Source: Tricharina praecox
Taxonomy: Eukaryota
Direction of reading: 5' to 3'
Length of the DNA stretch: 64,000 bases
Assembly (NCBI RefSeq): GCF_024521635.1
Contig: NW_026250428.1
Location: 248,001 to 312,000 of the forward strand
A model generated the notes under the pieces. It saw only the letters and a program-made list of their open reading frames with translations, did no database searches and had not been told where the DNA came from. The translations under genes and the position numbers were made by a program. Each line of letters opens with the position of its first letter. Positions within the stretch are counted from its first letter, which is position 1. Positions 13,780 through 26,459 of this stretch are shown here, one piece after another.

Positions 13780-14647
13780 ATGCTCCCACACAACAGCGGT
13801 CTCACAACAATGCGTTCATCCCGCAACGTCTACGGTCGTGAGACCATCCCGCTGAGCCAAGTGGATCCTCACGCACCGCTGCACCACCTGCGGGAGTTTA
13901 TGACTGCTGAGGAGCTCGAGCGGGCAAAGCCCAAGGGGATCTACGCGGAGTGTTTCAAGCGGCCCGAGAGCTGGGGTCCGAACCCGTTTCCCGACGACGA
14001 CCTGAGCACAGCCGACACCGATAGCCAGGACGACTGGAATCCGTTTGAGGGGGTCGAGAACTCCGGCGGCAAGGGCAAGTGCAAGGGAAATGGCAAGGGC
14101 AAGGGCAAGCCCGAGCCCGAGCCCACGGCTGTAGTCAACGACGAGGAGAATGTTCTCGGGGAGATGGAGGACGACGGCGAGGAAGAGGAGCCGGTGGAGC
14201 CGCACGGAGACCGTGTCGTCTACGATGTGGCCGGCCGCAGGTTGCTGAGGAACTTCGAGAACGAGGATGAATACGCGGCTATGCTCAAGGCGACAGGGCC
14301 TGACGACCCAGAGGAGGCTGCGGTCCGGCCCTCAAATATCAGCGCCGGGGAGTGGAAGAACCTCCTGCCAAAGGAGAGGACCCGACTGATCGAGCGAAGC
14401 TACTTCTACGCCTTCGTCTGCAGCTACCGCATGTTCGCCGCGTACACCATTGCCTTCGGCATCACTGCGTACCTGGTCATCACTATGGTGTAAGTCCAAC
14501 TACGTAGCTGCTCATACAGTTCCGTTTCCACTAACCCGTGATAGCCAAATCGTCGAACCCGGCTGGTTTAATCCTGTCGACACATCTCTGGACCAGATTT
14601 GGAAGGGAATTGAGGACCGTATCCTGGGATACAATTGGGTCAGATAA
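13780..14647 (+). CDS. Hypothetical acidic protein with a C-terminal hydrophobic (TM-like) segment, two exons
   Basis: GC3-rich ORF from ATG 13780. Intron 14490-14544 (GTAAGT...CTAAC...TAG) splices in frame to QIVEPGWFNP...GYNWVR*. Hydrophobic stretch MFAAYTIAFGITAYLVITMV. Confidence 0.7.
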
Positions 14648-15588
14648 GGGCGCTACGCTACGGAGCTGCTGGGAGCTTCCAGATTTCTCTTTGATCTGAA
14701 GCACCTACTATACTCTACCCTGGTTCTAATACACGGACTCGTTGTCGGCGGTCGAGTTGCCTGAAAGCTGAATGCTGAAAGGCCGTTCTTATGAAGCGTG
14801 ATGTGATAATACATACTTGTACCATAAACAAGCCGCATCCTCATCCGCTACTATACTAGCTATACAAGGCTTTTCTTCCCTACTGTAAACCCGGGGGATG
14901 GCCTTCGGATCAGAAAGGAAACCGCGAGAGCTAAGGTTGCGCTGCTCCTCCCGATATCACTCGGCGCCAACACTGATATCCACAGAATCCTCGGTCCGTT
15001 GAACCTGCGAAACTCCGTCGGGCGGGGCACTTCAGTTCCCAGTGAAGTCAGATAGAGAGAGAGCTGTGCGTACTTGAAATTGTCGTGGCCGAACACGGCC
15101 TAATGGAATAACGAAACAAAACGGTTGGGCCTATGATATTAGTGCTAGCGCACAGTCCGGGCCGGCCATAGAAACATCGGTGTTAGATGCGAGGCGAGGA
15201 ACTCCCAGCAGATACAGTCATTGCCATAGAGATATCTCCAACCACTCAAAGCCTGATTTAACAGATTCATATATACTGTCTAATACTATGGTACAAACCG
15301 CGGCCCAGCTTCTACTCATGCACGAACCCGTGCCCGAGTGTGATCTAGTCTAATTACAACAATAAAAAACACCCCGTAAAAAAAACGTACAATTCCGCAG
15401 CAATACTCTGCAAAGACATGGCAATCCAAAGAGAAGTATAAAAAAAAAGTCCGATGCGCCGCCGCCGTCGCTACCCCAATGCTACTAGGAACGAGAAAAA
15501 AATCCGACTTGTAGGAATTAATACCACGTATCATCCAGAAACGCCGTGAAGAGATCGCCCACAAAAGCAGTCCAGAGTCGACACCCCT

Positions 15589-17400
15589 CTACGAGGATGA
15601 GGAGGGGCGGTCTTCCTCATATTCGCTCAGTGGTGGGTGACGCAAGAACGCACCCACTGCACCGAGGTATCCTTCGTGCCGCAGGAAATAAGCCTTCTTC
15701 TCACCCTGCGACCAGAATCGAATCGCGTATGTGAGGGTGTGCATCGTTTCGTGGTGTCCTGTCGAGATATTAGTATTCCTGCGAGTAGATGGTAAAAGTG
15801 CCGGGGCTCACCTCGAATGAAGCTTCCTCCGAAGTAGATGTGCTTCATATGGTTGATCTGGGCGTGGAGGTACGCGAGCTGGCCGATATTGTTGCTAATT
15901 GCGTAAAGTAGGCTCCTGCTAATATCCTCTGGACCGAAGCGTGATTTCTCGTCCCCGCCATTGACTGTTGCGGCCCCGGCCTTCGACTGATCTTCGGCGG
16001 GAATAGCATCCGAGACGCCATTGGTGGTTGAGTGCGAGGGGTTGCCGACTGGAGACTCGGCGCGCTTGGCCGCACACGAAGCACAATCGGAACTAGCGGA
16101 GGAAACATCGTTGGCACTGGCAGCAGCGTACTTATTAGCTCTTGATTGCATCTTGAAGACTTTCCCGAAGCTGCTGGCGATGGTCGTAGGCTTTAACCCA
16201 ATCTTATCGTAACCTCCACCGTAGATGTCCTCGACCAGCATATCGACCTTCGTATTGTCCCCCCGCTGAGCGAGCGCCAGCATTTCTAGACAACGAGAAT
16301 CAGCACACCGCTTGCATCCGGGAGAGTTCCCGCTGGATAGCTCACCGTCAAATGTCTTCGCATCTGTCATCTTGCTGAGGAGTCCCCACAGCGTTCCACC
16401 GCCGAGCTGAAGCCACGAGTTAGCCGACTCCAAGCCGACGCATTGTCCCCATCGGAACCACCCACCGAAGAACCTCCCACTCTCTTGAACTCATCCGGAC
16501 CCGTAACCATGAGGATGCTCACTCCCGAACCAATGTTCACTAGCTACGCCCCCGCATCAGCTTTCCGATCAAATACTGTAACGACGTCGCTCGAAGATGG
16601 GTTTACCATGTACGGGTATGCGTCGGGCTTCGACTCGGAGAAGTGCATCGGATTATCTTCGGTATAGCTAAACACCTCTCTCGGAATCTCGCGCGAGAAG
16701 AAATCGAGCCCTATGCCACCGTCAATCAGTCAGTTAGTCTCCAGAAAGACCTCCTCCCGGCCGCACACACCTCCGATCAGACATTCCATCTCATCCTCGC
16801 GCCGAATCTCCACACCGATGGCATTCTGTATCCTCTCGGCGTACTTGTACGCTCCCCCTCCAGTCGCCATAATCTGTATTTTCTCCTTCCCCGGAGGGCG
16901 CGCCCACTCCGAACTCCGTATGAGCGCACCCATGAACGCAATCAACTCATCGATCTTCTCCGTCTCGAAGCTCTTGAAGTTCAACCGGCCCCCCTTCCCG
17001 TGTGGGTCGCGCGTGAAGTATACCAGTTTCGCCAACGAGCCGCCAATCTATAACGAGTCAGAGCACGCGTAGGGCCGGACGGGAGGGGGGGGGGGGGGGG
17101 CGAGATGGAGCTCACGTCGATGGCCATGTGGGAGAACGAGGACTGGTGGTGGGGGAGCCGGATGTCCCGCGGGACTGGGCCGGTCGTCCGTAGCGTCTCC
17201 TCCGATTCGCTGCCGTCAACAATGTGGGCGCCTTTGACGTAGATCTGGCCCCGCGCCCAGCTAGTGAGTATCAAGTGGGGGACGCGGATATGCCACACCA
17301 AGCTGCGTACCTTTGCTGGGCCATGGTATTCCGTGGCTGGAAGCGTCACGGCGCCGGGCGTGGAAATAGCTTGCACTTCGGTCTCGACGTTGGTACTCAT
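15589..17400 (-). CDS. CAB1: Type II pantothenate kinase (fumble family), multi-exon
   Basis: [101 protein letters not shown]. Confidence 0.95.
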
Positions 17401-18220
17401 GCTGGTATGTAGTCGACCGATTCGGTTACGATTGAGAATTCTGCTGTACTTGTGCTGGATTAGATCCGAAAAGTAGGTGTGTGCAGATGTAATCGGAGTT
17501 ACGCGGCGGGAAATTTGTGCAGTTAAGGAGGTTCAGATGCGGTCGGATGGAGGTCAACGGTTGGTTGGGGGAAAAAGCTGGCCGGATGTACCCTGGCGGA
17601 TGATCATCAGGCTCGGCCCTCGGCGGGTTGGAGACAGTGGCGGTGGCAGTGGCGGTGGCTTGTGGCAGTGGCTTGTGGATGTGGCTGCGGCGTTGGGTAT
17701 CAACAGATGTACCTACCAGATACTGTTTTATAAGCATTCTACTCTATGTAGGATGACCTATCAACTGGAAAAACCAGCGTGCGAGCTCATGGGCATACCT
17801 GTAATCAAGCTTTGAGGTGGTTGTGACGATAGACTGGGTTCGCCAGGAAGCTACAGTACATGTCTAGCCCAGAAGTTGATCTTCCCGTATGTACAAGATG
17901 CTCGGACGGAGAAAGTACACTGGGCCGCATTAGTTTTGTCTTCAATACCCTTCGTCCCCGAAAGTCACCTATCCTTCGGGAATCTTATCGCTTCCCTGAC
18001 ACGTTGCGGTGTCGTCCAACGAAACCCTTTGAGCTGCAATCGTGGGGCCTAAACATGCCCCACATCCGCCCCTCCCCCTATCTAGCCCCACGAACATGTA
18101 CAAAAATTTGTTAACCGAACATTCGGTATGCGATGACGAAAAGATAAAAAAAAGCAAACCAAACGCTATCAAATCATTCGTAATTCACACCCTTGCTATT
18201 ATGTATTAACCCCGACAAGA

Positions 18221-21200
18221 TCATCTCCTGCCCATGGGGCCGCCACCACCACTGCTGTTGTTGCCGCTGCTGTTTCCGCTGTGGCCGCCGCCTCCGGGTC
18301 TACTGGACCGTACCGCCATGTGCGTGAACATGGTTTTGAAACCCTGCATTTCGCGGATTGTTAGAATGCGTAACACGATATGATGGTAGTGGGGGGAACT
18401 TGCATTGCAGAGAGTAACAACGTCGGGGTAGCTCGTATCTCGAAGCTGATATGCGCCGGGTATGACTCGTACCGGCTATTTCTAGAATTAGCACGTCCGG
18501 TCTTCCAACAATTCATAAGGGAGGACACATACCCAGCATCCTAGGGGAGACTTCAATCCCGCCTTGAATAGAAGCAGGAAGTATCCAGGCTTCTTCTCGT
18601 CCAGGCAGAAGGCATAACTCGACCGCTTGGGATTGGCCTCGCAGTACTTCTCCAGCCACTGCTCGGCGTCCTTTCTGGATCCGGTCTGGAACTTCGAGTT
18701 ATTGCAAAGATCATCGATCTTGCGCGCCATTGCCTTGACGTGGTTCACGATGAGTTCGTCGAGATCGCTGTAAGAGTACTTGCCTTGTACCCTCAGAGTC
18801 TTACCGACCGTGAACTCATTGGCCTTGTCCAACTCGAGCACATCAATGTGCTGGTAGATATTCTCGCCAATCTTCCAGGTGACGGCAATGTGGTCCGGTC
18901 CGTTTGACGATGGGCGAATAACTGCGTCGCCGCGAGCCCTGCCAGCCAAAAACTCTTCCGCTTGACGGCTGTTATACGTCTTGAACAACGGATGCTTGAT
19001 GACTCTAACCGTTCGCGTCTGCTCCTGATTGGTCACAGCCATGCGCGCCTTGTCCTTCTCCTCCCTTTCGTCGTCCCACTCCCCCTGTGGCACGTACACC
19101 ATGTTGCGGTTAGGCATTCGAATCTTCTCATCCCGGAGAGACAGTTCACAGTAGAACGTTTTTCGGCTGAGACTCTCGATTCTTGCCTGGATCGTTTGTC
19201 CAACACTGTAGAAGTTTACCGGTCGGGTATTAACCGCAGCACTTGGCATCTCATCGACACTGATGTTGCCTTCAATACCGCAGTCCAAGCGTGCAGATAA
19301 ATAGCGATCGGTAACGCGACGGATCTTGGCAGCCACCACCATCTTCTCATCGAGCGTATCTTTTGTCTCGCCCGTGAGCATCGTGAAGACTTCATCCACT
19401 CCAAGACGAACAAACTTCGAGCGTAGCTCTTCGTATGGCTGCTGTAGCTCGGCCCGAATCGTTTCAAGGGTGGCCCGTTTCCTCTGATTGAAGTTTTTCT
19501 CAAGTTCTTCAGCATACTCCTCGAGAATGAGTTCGTTAAGTCTCTCGGTGCCAGCCTTGATCAGTCGATTGATGATGCCACCCTTTCCGGCATTCTGGAC
19601 GATGTGCGCGACGTCCTCTTCGTCAAAGTCCAAGGCATCGGCCGCCATCTTCCGTCCCAACTCGTACGCTTCCGGATGCACTCTGGTTCCATCGAGGTAC
19701 TCGGATTCCCGGTCGTTCTTAGTAAAAGGGATATTGAGGAAACTCGCGGCATTTTCAAACACCTTTGGCCCGAGAATTGAAGGCTGCCTCTTTTCGGGGT
19801 CGCCGAGGACAAACTGCTCTCGTGTCGCAATCTTTCCGCCACAGGAAGACATAATCTTCAGGACGTGCGATGCTTTCCGAGGACCAAGGCCGGCAATGTA
19901 CGGCAAGAGGTTCGCGATGCGGGGTTGGCGAACGGCTTCGTTGATGAGTACTCCGGTGAGGTTCACGATATCAACCATAGCCGTCTCCAATGCCTTCCAC
20001 AATCTCTCGGGACGCAGCAAACTCTGCGCCGAGTGGAACGTAAGTCCAACAATGTCCTTGCCCAACGCAGCATACTCGAGGAGAGGGCTCTGCACATATC
20101 GCGCCAAAGCGCAACAGTACCGAGCCAGAGGCGGGAATTCGGGATGGTCGACCTTGGCCCGAGCGCTGTTGTAATATAGCCTCGCCACCTCATCGTTGAC
20201 AAAGATGACTTCACACAAGGCTCTGCCATCTTCGTGCTCGTCCTGGACTGTGAGTTCCTTTTCCTCGACCAATTTCTTGAGATCCTCGTATAATCTGTTC
20301 GTCTGTACACTGAAGCCCGACACTCCAATGACATCAGGCCGTTTCTCGCGAAGAATCTCGTAAACTTGATTCTTGTTCGCCTCGTCCTTCAGGTCGTTCA
20401 CTTTGATGTTTGTATGGATCCGTCCCTCTTCGTCAAGGAAAACACCGACAATAGCATCGCCCCATTCTCCCTGTCCGTTAGAGAACGTAAAGACCCGGGG
20501 AAGCTCGCCAAGCTCCAAATTCTTAGGCTTGTACGGTGCTTGATCTAACCTCTACACAGAACCATTAGCCACATGCATCTCGGGTACGCACAGAACAGAG
20601 CGCTCTCACCTTGCTGAAAACCTGACTAACTGTGGCGGCGATCGCGTCTTCGCACGCTGTCCGGAGCCCATCCCTCAAGCTTCCTCGAAAGAGTTCGCCG
20701 AATTTGGCCATCGCAATGTCCACCACCTCCTTGCGTTCCACATTCCAGGCATCTGCGACCTCACTAAAACCCCCGGACACAATGTATTCGTATAGGTCCT
20801 TGTGAAGCCTGCCAGAATTATCCAGCTCAAACATGACCTCGACAAATCCGTCGTTCTCCGCCTTCAGCATCTTCAAAAACTTTTCGGGTTCAAAGGCGAT
20901 GGCAGACAAGCGTTGGTTCCGGAGGTACTTGAACGCGTAGTACTGGTGTTGTTCATCGATCATTCTCACACCTTTCTCCGTGGGATTGATATGAATTACT
21001 GCCTCAGTGAACCATTCTCTCCGCATCGCCTCGCGCACCACAGGATTCATGAAAATCTCTTCGGCGAGCATCTTCTTGGCCGCAGCCATAGCCATCTCCG
21101 AGACGGGGAAGTCGGTGTCGTCGACAAAGTCGTCCGCCATTTCGTGGGGAGGGAGGTTCGGGTCTTCGGCAAACTCGCGCTTCTTTCCGGACCGAACATT

Positions 21201-22811
21201 TGTGGCGAACTGTGTCGGAGTGATTCCAAAGGCTCTAACGAGGCCGTAGACTCTTCCCGCACGGATGCGCTCAAATATTGACTTCCCAGCGTTAGGTCGT
21301 CGACGGGCGGCACCGCTTTCCTCCACCAATGCTAGGTCTTTAACTTCAGACTGATAGCGGAAATGCACGTAATCGAACAGATCCTGAATCAGCTCCATCT
21401 GATCGGCCGTGCGCATGCGCTCCTCCAGCATCTCATCTGGTTCAATTTTGAGCTGCGTGCGGAGGGAGTCATACAACTTCTCCAAGCTATTGCGTCTGGT
21501 CAACAAGGCCCTGAACTTGAGGTCCATGTCCAGAATGAACCACAGATCCTTCTCATGCAGTAATCTCTCGGACTGAAGATCGTATGTGGGTTCGCCCTCG
21601 ATGTAAGTCCTCCTGGGTATCTTCGTCACGTGGATGAGGTAATCGCGGCGCTGGTGGTACACAAACGGAACCTCGTAGTTATCAACGACGAAAAACCGGA
21701 GGACGCGTTTGACAGCTTCGATGAAGGGCTCCTCAAGCTCCTCATGGATGACTCTCTTAGAGAGAAGAGCGTTCGCGATCCATTGACCTTCCTCGGCAAG
21801 CTGCTCAGGGGTCACCTGCAGGTCTTTGAAAGGCTTCCGGGCGATCTGGTATCGCTCCGGTTCGTCACGATGGCGAATGGCATTGTCCTCGTCGGTGAGA
21901 AGGCGCTCTTCGAGCTCGGACGGCTCGAACACATCCTTAAGTTGGAGCTCGTGGGTGCGCTCTTCCATCTCCGCCACGCCCGTGTCCAGAACGAGCGCAT
22001 CTTCGTAGTCACCCAAACCGAAGATCTCTTCCATGTCGTTCATGGCACCATCTCTGAGTCCCAGCGAATCCGTGTCGACCCGTCGGCCGTGGCCACTTCG
22101 TCTGCGTGCGATGCGCTCGTCGCCACTGCCCATACGACGATCCTCATCTTCGGAGGAATCATTCTCGATAAACCCGTCGAACTCGTCAGCCCGCCGGTTG
22201 TTTCCGTAGCCACGGTCGTCGTCATCGAGTTCTCCGGGGGCGTCTAATTCCTCGTCCGCAAAGATGTCGATCAATCCTCGAGGAGCTTGCCGATGACGTT
22301 CCTCGCGACCACGCTTCAGTCGCTTGAATTCACCCTGCAGATAAGAAGACGAATCAGTGTAAGAGCTGTTGCTGGTGTGCTGCTACTGTGGGCAAGCAGG
22401 AGCATGAGAAGCTGGCGACTACGACGAGTGACGTGTACGCACCTTGGTATCCCTGGAGCCCTCTCCGGTATTCTCCATCATCAGATCGAAATCTTCCTTG
22501 TCGAGCACTTCATCCTCCTCATCATCCTTGTGGCTCCTCCTGCGCTTTCTTTTCCGCTGGCCCTTCACCACAGTTCCATCCTCTAACTCCTCGTCCTCAT
22601 CCTCCTCGCCGTCTTCGACAATGAAGCCTTCGCGAACTCTGGCTGCCTCCTCATCGTCGTCATCACTCTCCTCCTCGCTACTGTCATCGAAGTCGGTGGT
22701 GACCCTCGCCGCCTTCTTTGGTTTCGGTTTCGCCTCTCCTAGCTCCTCGTCATACTCTTCTTCTTCTTCATCTCCAGTTTCCATCGAAGCTTCGCGTATG
22801 ATGAAGTCCAT
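18221..22811 (-). CDS. SPT6: Transcription elongation factor / histone chaperone Spt6, five exons
   Basis: Acidic N-terminus (DDSSEEESDDD), LKDVFEPSEL, DEPERYQ, YqgF/HhH/S1 region and tandem SH2 (VIKHPLF, IRPSSNG, YQHIDVLE, YSDLDELIV, LCN|GFK). Introns at 22442-22335, 20609-20552, 18532-18476 and 18403-18344. Confidence 0.97.
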
Positions 22812-25364
22812 GGCGATGGTGGTTGGTGGGTGCTTACGATGGGTGGCGGGTGTTGTGGTTGTTGCTGGGTTTCGCGGGTGTGAAGAGAACGGGAGATGGA
22901 GCAGTTGCAATAAAAGTGGGCGCTCACAGGATCTTTATAGTCGGGGGGGGGGGAGAGGTGTCGAGCGGTTCTAATCGGGGTACGTGTGAAGTGTTGTGGA
23001 GGAGGAATTGGTGACTTGTCGCTGTTACGAGTTAAGTTTGGTGGGGAGGGAGAGCTCGACCTACTAATTGAAGACGCGAAAAGTAAGAACTTGGGAGATG
23101 GATTGTGTGGGCTTGGCATCCGTTACCCGGCGATCGCGCACATCGCGCAGAGTGTGGCTCAATGGACATGGTGTGACTCGTGAGGCTGAAGTGCCATTGT
23201 GTGGCCCGTGAGGCTGAAGTGACATGGTGTGGATAGTGTGCCCCGCCAGCAACGCCCCCTCACACTTGACGGTAGAGTCGTCTTTATTTGCAATTCACCA
23301 CTGAATCTCGCTTGCTTGATACTACATACTGAGAGAGCGGGGCCTGAATTATCTGCTGCTTGTTGCTACTACGACGCTGTGAAGACTGACAAACTTGTGG
23401 TTCCGTGGCGTGCTCCGCTGCGACTTGCCCGCTCATGCGGTGATACCCTTTCACACGTTTCCCGTTACATAGAAGCAGATATCTCCGGCACCGATTGAAC
23501 GCCAAGATCTTTCTGAACGTCCCATGTCGCGTGATCACTGACCGTCCCTGCGCTATTCGGTGCGCGGACACCAGGCGATGTACAACGACGGTAGTGGAAG
23601 TATACAACCCAGGCTGAAGGCTGTCTCTCCCGCCGGATAATATCGTCGGTGAATCTTCTCATTGCGACTGACGTACGAAAAACGATCCGCTAGAGGAGAG
23701 AAGGAATCCCAAAGACGCCGTCAAAAGAAAGCCGCAATCGAAGCAAAGTGCACTCAGCCGGCAGATCTCTCCGTTAAAAAGAGGTGGCCCACACCGAGTC
23801 GCTGCCGAATCCATAACGTCAACCCGCCCTAATTTTGGTGCGGGTATTTTAACTCGGTCCAAAGGTATTGCAATAAACAGAGACTCCAAGGTAGGATACC
23901 ATTTGCTGACGACGATCCGCAACTGTAACTTTCGGGAGCAACGCTGGGAGCCCAGGTGCGACTGCAAGCTTCTGACATTGCAGCGCTCAGGATGTGAGTC
24001 TCGGATTATGCTTTGTGTGCGGACATCAACCAAAACGGCCGGATAGCTGATCAAAACGGAGACGGAATTCTTTTCTCATTTCGTCAAAATAGCATTGTAT
24101 ATCTCATTGCAATTGATCGAACCGCTTTTCATGTTGCGTAAACTGTCTCTTAACTTCTGCTTCAAACTCTAAAATCCGAATAACTTCCCCCCTGACTCCC
24201 GTTTCTAAATCGTGAACCCAACCAAACTCTTTCCTGACTTCAACCACAAAACCTTAAACCTAGTCGACCACTTGGGCAGTAGGGTGGTTAGTGATTGGAT
24301 GTATCTGGGAAGAGTTCTGGCGATGACAGTGCCATCTGCTTGGGTCATTATTAATGGAGTTATCTATAGATCAACTCGAAAAGGTTCGAGATATATGCTC
24401 AGAAACTTTGTTGGATACAGTTGGCAAGTCATACCAGTACACTAGAGACTGGACAGACTCTATCAATCGACTAAACGACTCAAGAGAACAGTTATCATAA
24501 ACACGTTGTACTAATGCGAGTGAGAAAAGCATAGGGTAAAGAGTTGAAGCGAAGCAATTGTAGGATAGAATATCATGTGAGAGTAAATGATAGCTACCCA
24601 TGTGGGGTAGATTGATATGCGAGAGACAGATCTTACAGGCGATGGGAAACCATGAGTGCCTAGAAAGCAATGGAATGATATTTCGCTGATGAATACGACT
24701 GCGTCACTGCCTCGCGCCAAATATTGGCCACGGAGAGTGAGAATTATTCCGATTTTCGCACGCAGCCGGCAGCCCATACACATCTCTGGTAGACAGTTAT
24801 TGGAATATACATACGTCCTGGTTCTATGGATATCAACCAGGGCAAACAGTAATGGCGCCTCAAAACCGGGGATAATTATATCGAGTTTCATCACTCGGAT
24901 ACGTTTGCCACAAATAGGTAGCACAATGCAAACGTATCCGTGATCTTATGGATATCTCGGAAGCGTGGTATACCGGCTACGGAGGCCGTTTCAGCTGGTT
25001 GTCACGCTGCGAAATGTTTCACTACTACCTAGTAGGCGTCTTGCGTCTGGAGTAGGCGTTTCTCACTGGGTGCGTCGCATGTGGAGCGTTTGTCTCGTCT
25101 GGCAAGCCCCATTCACATATGGTGTTCGGACTTTAGCCGCCGGTAGTTACCCCGGAGTGTCTCCACCTGAGGAAAACTCGCGCACGTGACGATGGTCGGA
25201 GCGAGTGAAGGCGAGTATGTAATCGATTAATGAGCTCCAGCTGCCTTTATTCTCCACTGCCATAGCCCTTACCCACTCTCCGATCTCGGACCCAGTCTGC
25301 CGGCTTCGTTCGTTCCCGATGATATCAACACCGTCCCATCGTACGCGACCGCTACAGTGACGCG

Positions 25365-26459
25365 ATGCCAGGTGCCGATGAGCTCCCCGCTCCCCACAGC
25401 CCCAACCCCCCACCTCCACCGAACGTCGAGAATGGCGCTGCCCTCCAGCGTCTGGAGCGCGAGCTCTCCGTTCCGGAAAACAGTCCGGACCTCCTGCCAA
25501 ACATCGAGAATGTCGAGCCAGTATCCGCGCCGTCCAGCCCGAAACTCGCGAAACACCTCCAGATCCACGCATACCTAACGATCCTGTCCATCTTCGGCAC
25601 GCTCGCACGACTTGGCCTCACAGCGCTAACCTCGTACAACGGCGCGCCTCTCGGCGCCGGCACGGTGATCTGGTCGAACCTCGCCGGCACCGCGGCAATG
25701 GGCTTCTTCATGGAGGACGCGCGGCTTTTTGGGCCCAACCGTGCCACCATGCCGCTGTACACGGGCCTGACCACGGGCTTCTGCGGCAGTTTCACGAGCT
25801 TCAGCAGTTTCGAACTCGACACGTTCCGGTTCTTGGTGGGTAGGGGGCCCGGCGGAAACGACTTCATGGCCGCAGCCGCATACGTCATTGCCACCATGGC
25901 TCTGGCCCTGGGCGGCCTGCAATTCGGCGCGCACGTTTCACATGCCCTGCGGAAAGTTGTCCGCCCGCTGCCCGAGAGGGAGGTGCGTGTGCTCGACTGG
26001 ATCGTCGTGCCGCTGGCCATAGCGTGCTGGGTTGCGGCGGCGGTCATGACCGTCGAGATCCCGCGGTGGAGGGCTGATGCCCTTTGGGCCTGTGTGTTCT
26101 CGCCGTTGGGGGCGTATGCCCGCTTCTGGATCTCGAGGACGCTCAATCCTACGTTCCGCAGCTTCCCGGTGGGGACATTTACGTGCAATATCGGAGGTAC
26201 GCTGGTGATGGCGGGGATGAGTATTGGGATGGGGAGGAGTGGGGATGCAGATGCGTGTGGAGTGCTGAAGGGCGTCGCTTCAGGGTTCTGTGGGTGTTTG
26301 ACCACGGTCAGTACGTTTGTCGTCGAGCTGAGGGGGTTGAGTGTGCAGCGGGCGTATTGGTATGCCGTCTGGAGTATCGGTGTGGGTTTGGCGGCTATGC
26401 TGGTAGTGCTGGGAGGATGGACGTGGGGGATGGGTAGGGAGTTGGTGTGCAGCACATAG
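25365..26459 (+). CDS. FEX1: Fluoride export protein FEX (two CrcB/Fluc domains)
   Basis: GTLARLGL, GLTTGFCGSFTSFSS, GAYARF, FPVGTFTCN, GFCGCLTTVSTF: duplicated Fluc signature. Confidence 0.93.
   Translation: MPGADELPAPHSPNPPPPPNVENGAALQRLERELSVPENSPDLLPNIENVEPVSAPSSPKLAKHLQIHAYLTILSIFGTLARLGLTALTSYNGAPLGAGTVIWSNLAGTAAMGFFMEDARLFGPNRATMPLYTGLTTGFCGSFTSFSSFELDTFRFLVGRGPGGNDFMAAAAYVIATMALALGGLQFGAHVSHALRKVVRPLPEREVRVLDWIVVPLAIACWVAAAVMTVEIPRWRADALWACVFSPLGAYARFWISRTLNPTFRSFPVGTFTCNIGGTLVMAGMSIGMGRSGDADACGVLKGVASGFCGCLTTVSTFVVELRGLSVQRAYWYAVWSIGVGLAAMLVVLGGWTWGMGRELVCST

Noticed and set aside
23250..25200. Lower-GC stretch between SPT6 and FEX, possibly an old transposon
   Set aside because: No TIR, LTR, TSD or transposase motif that I could identify.
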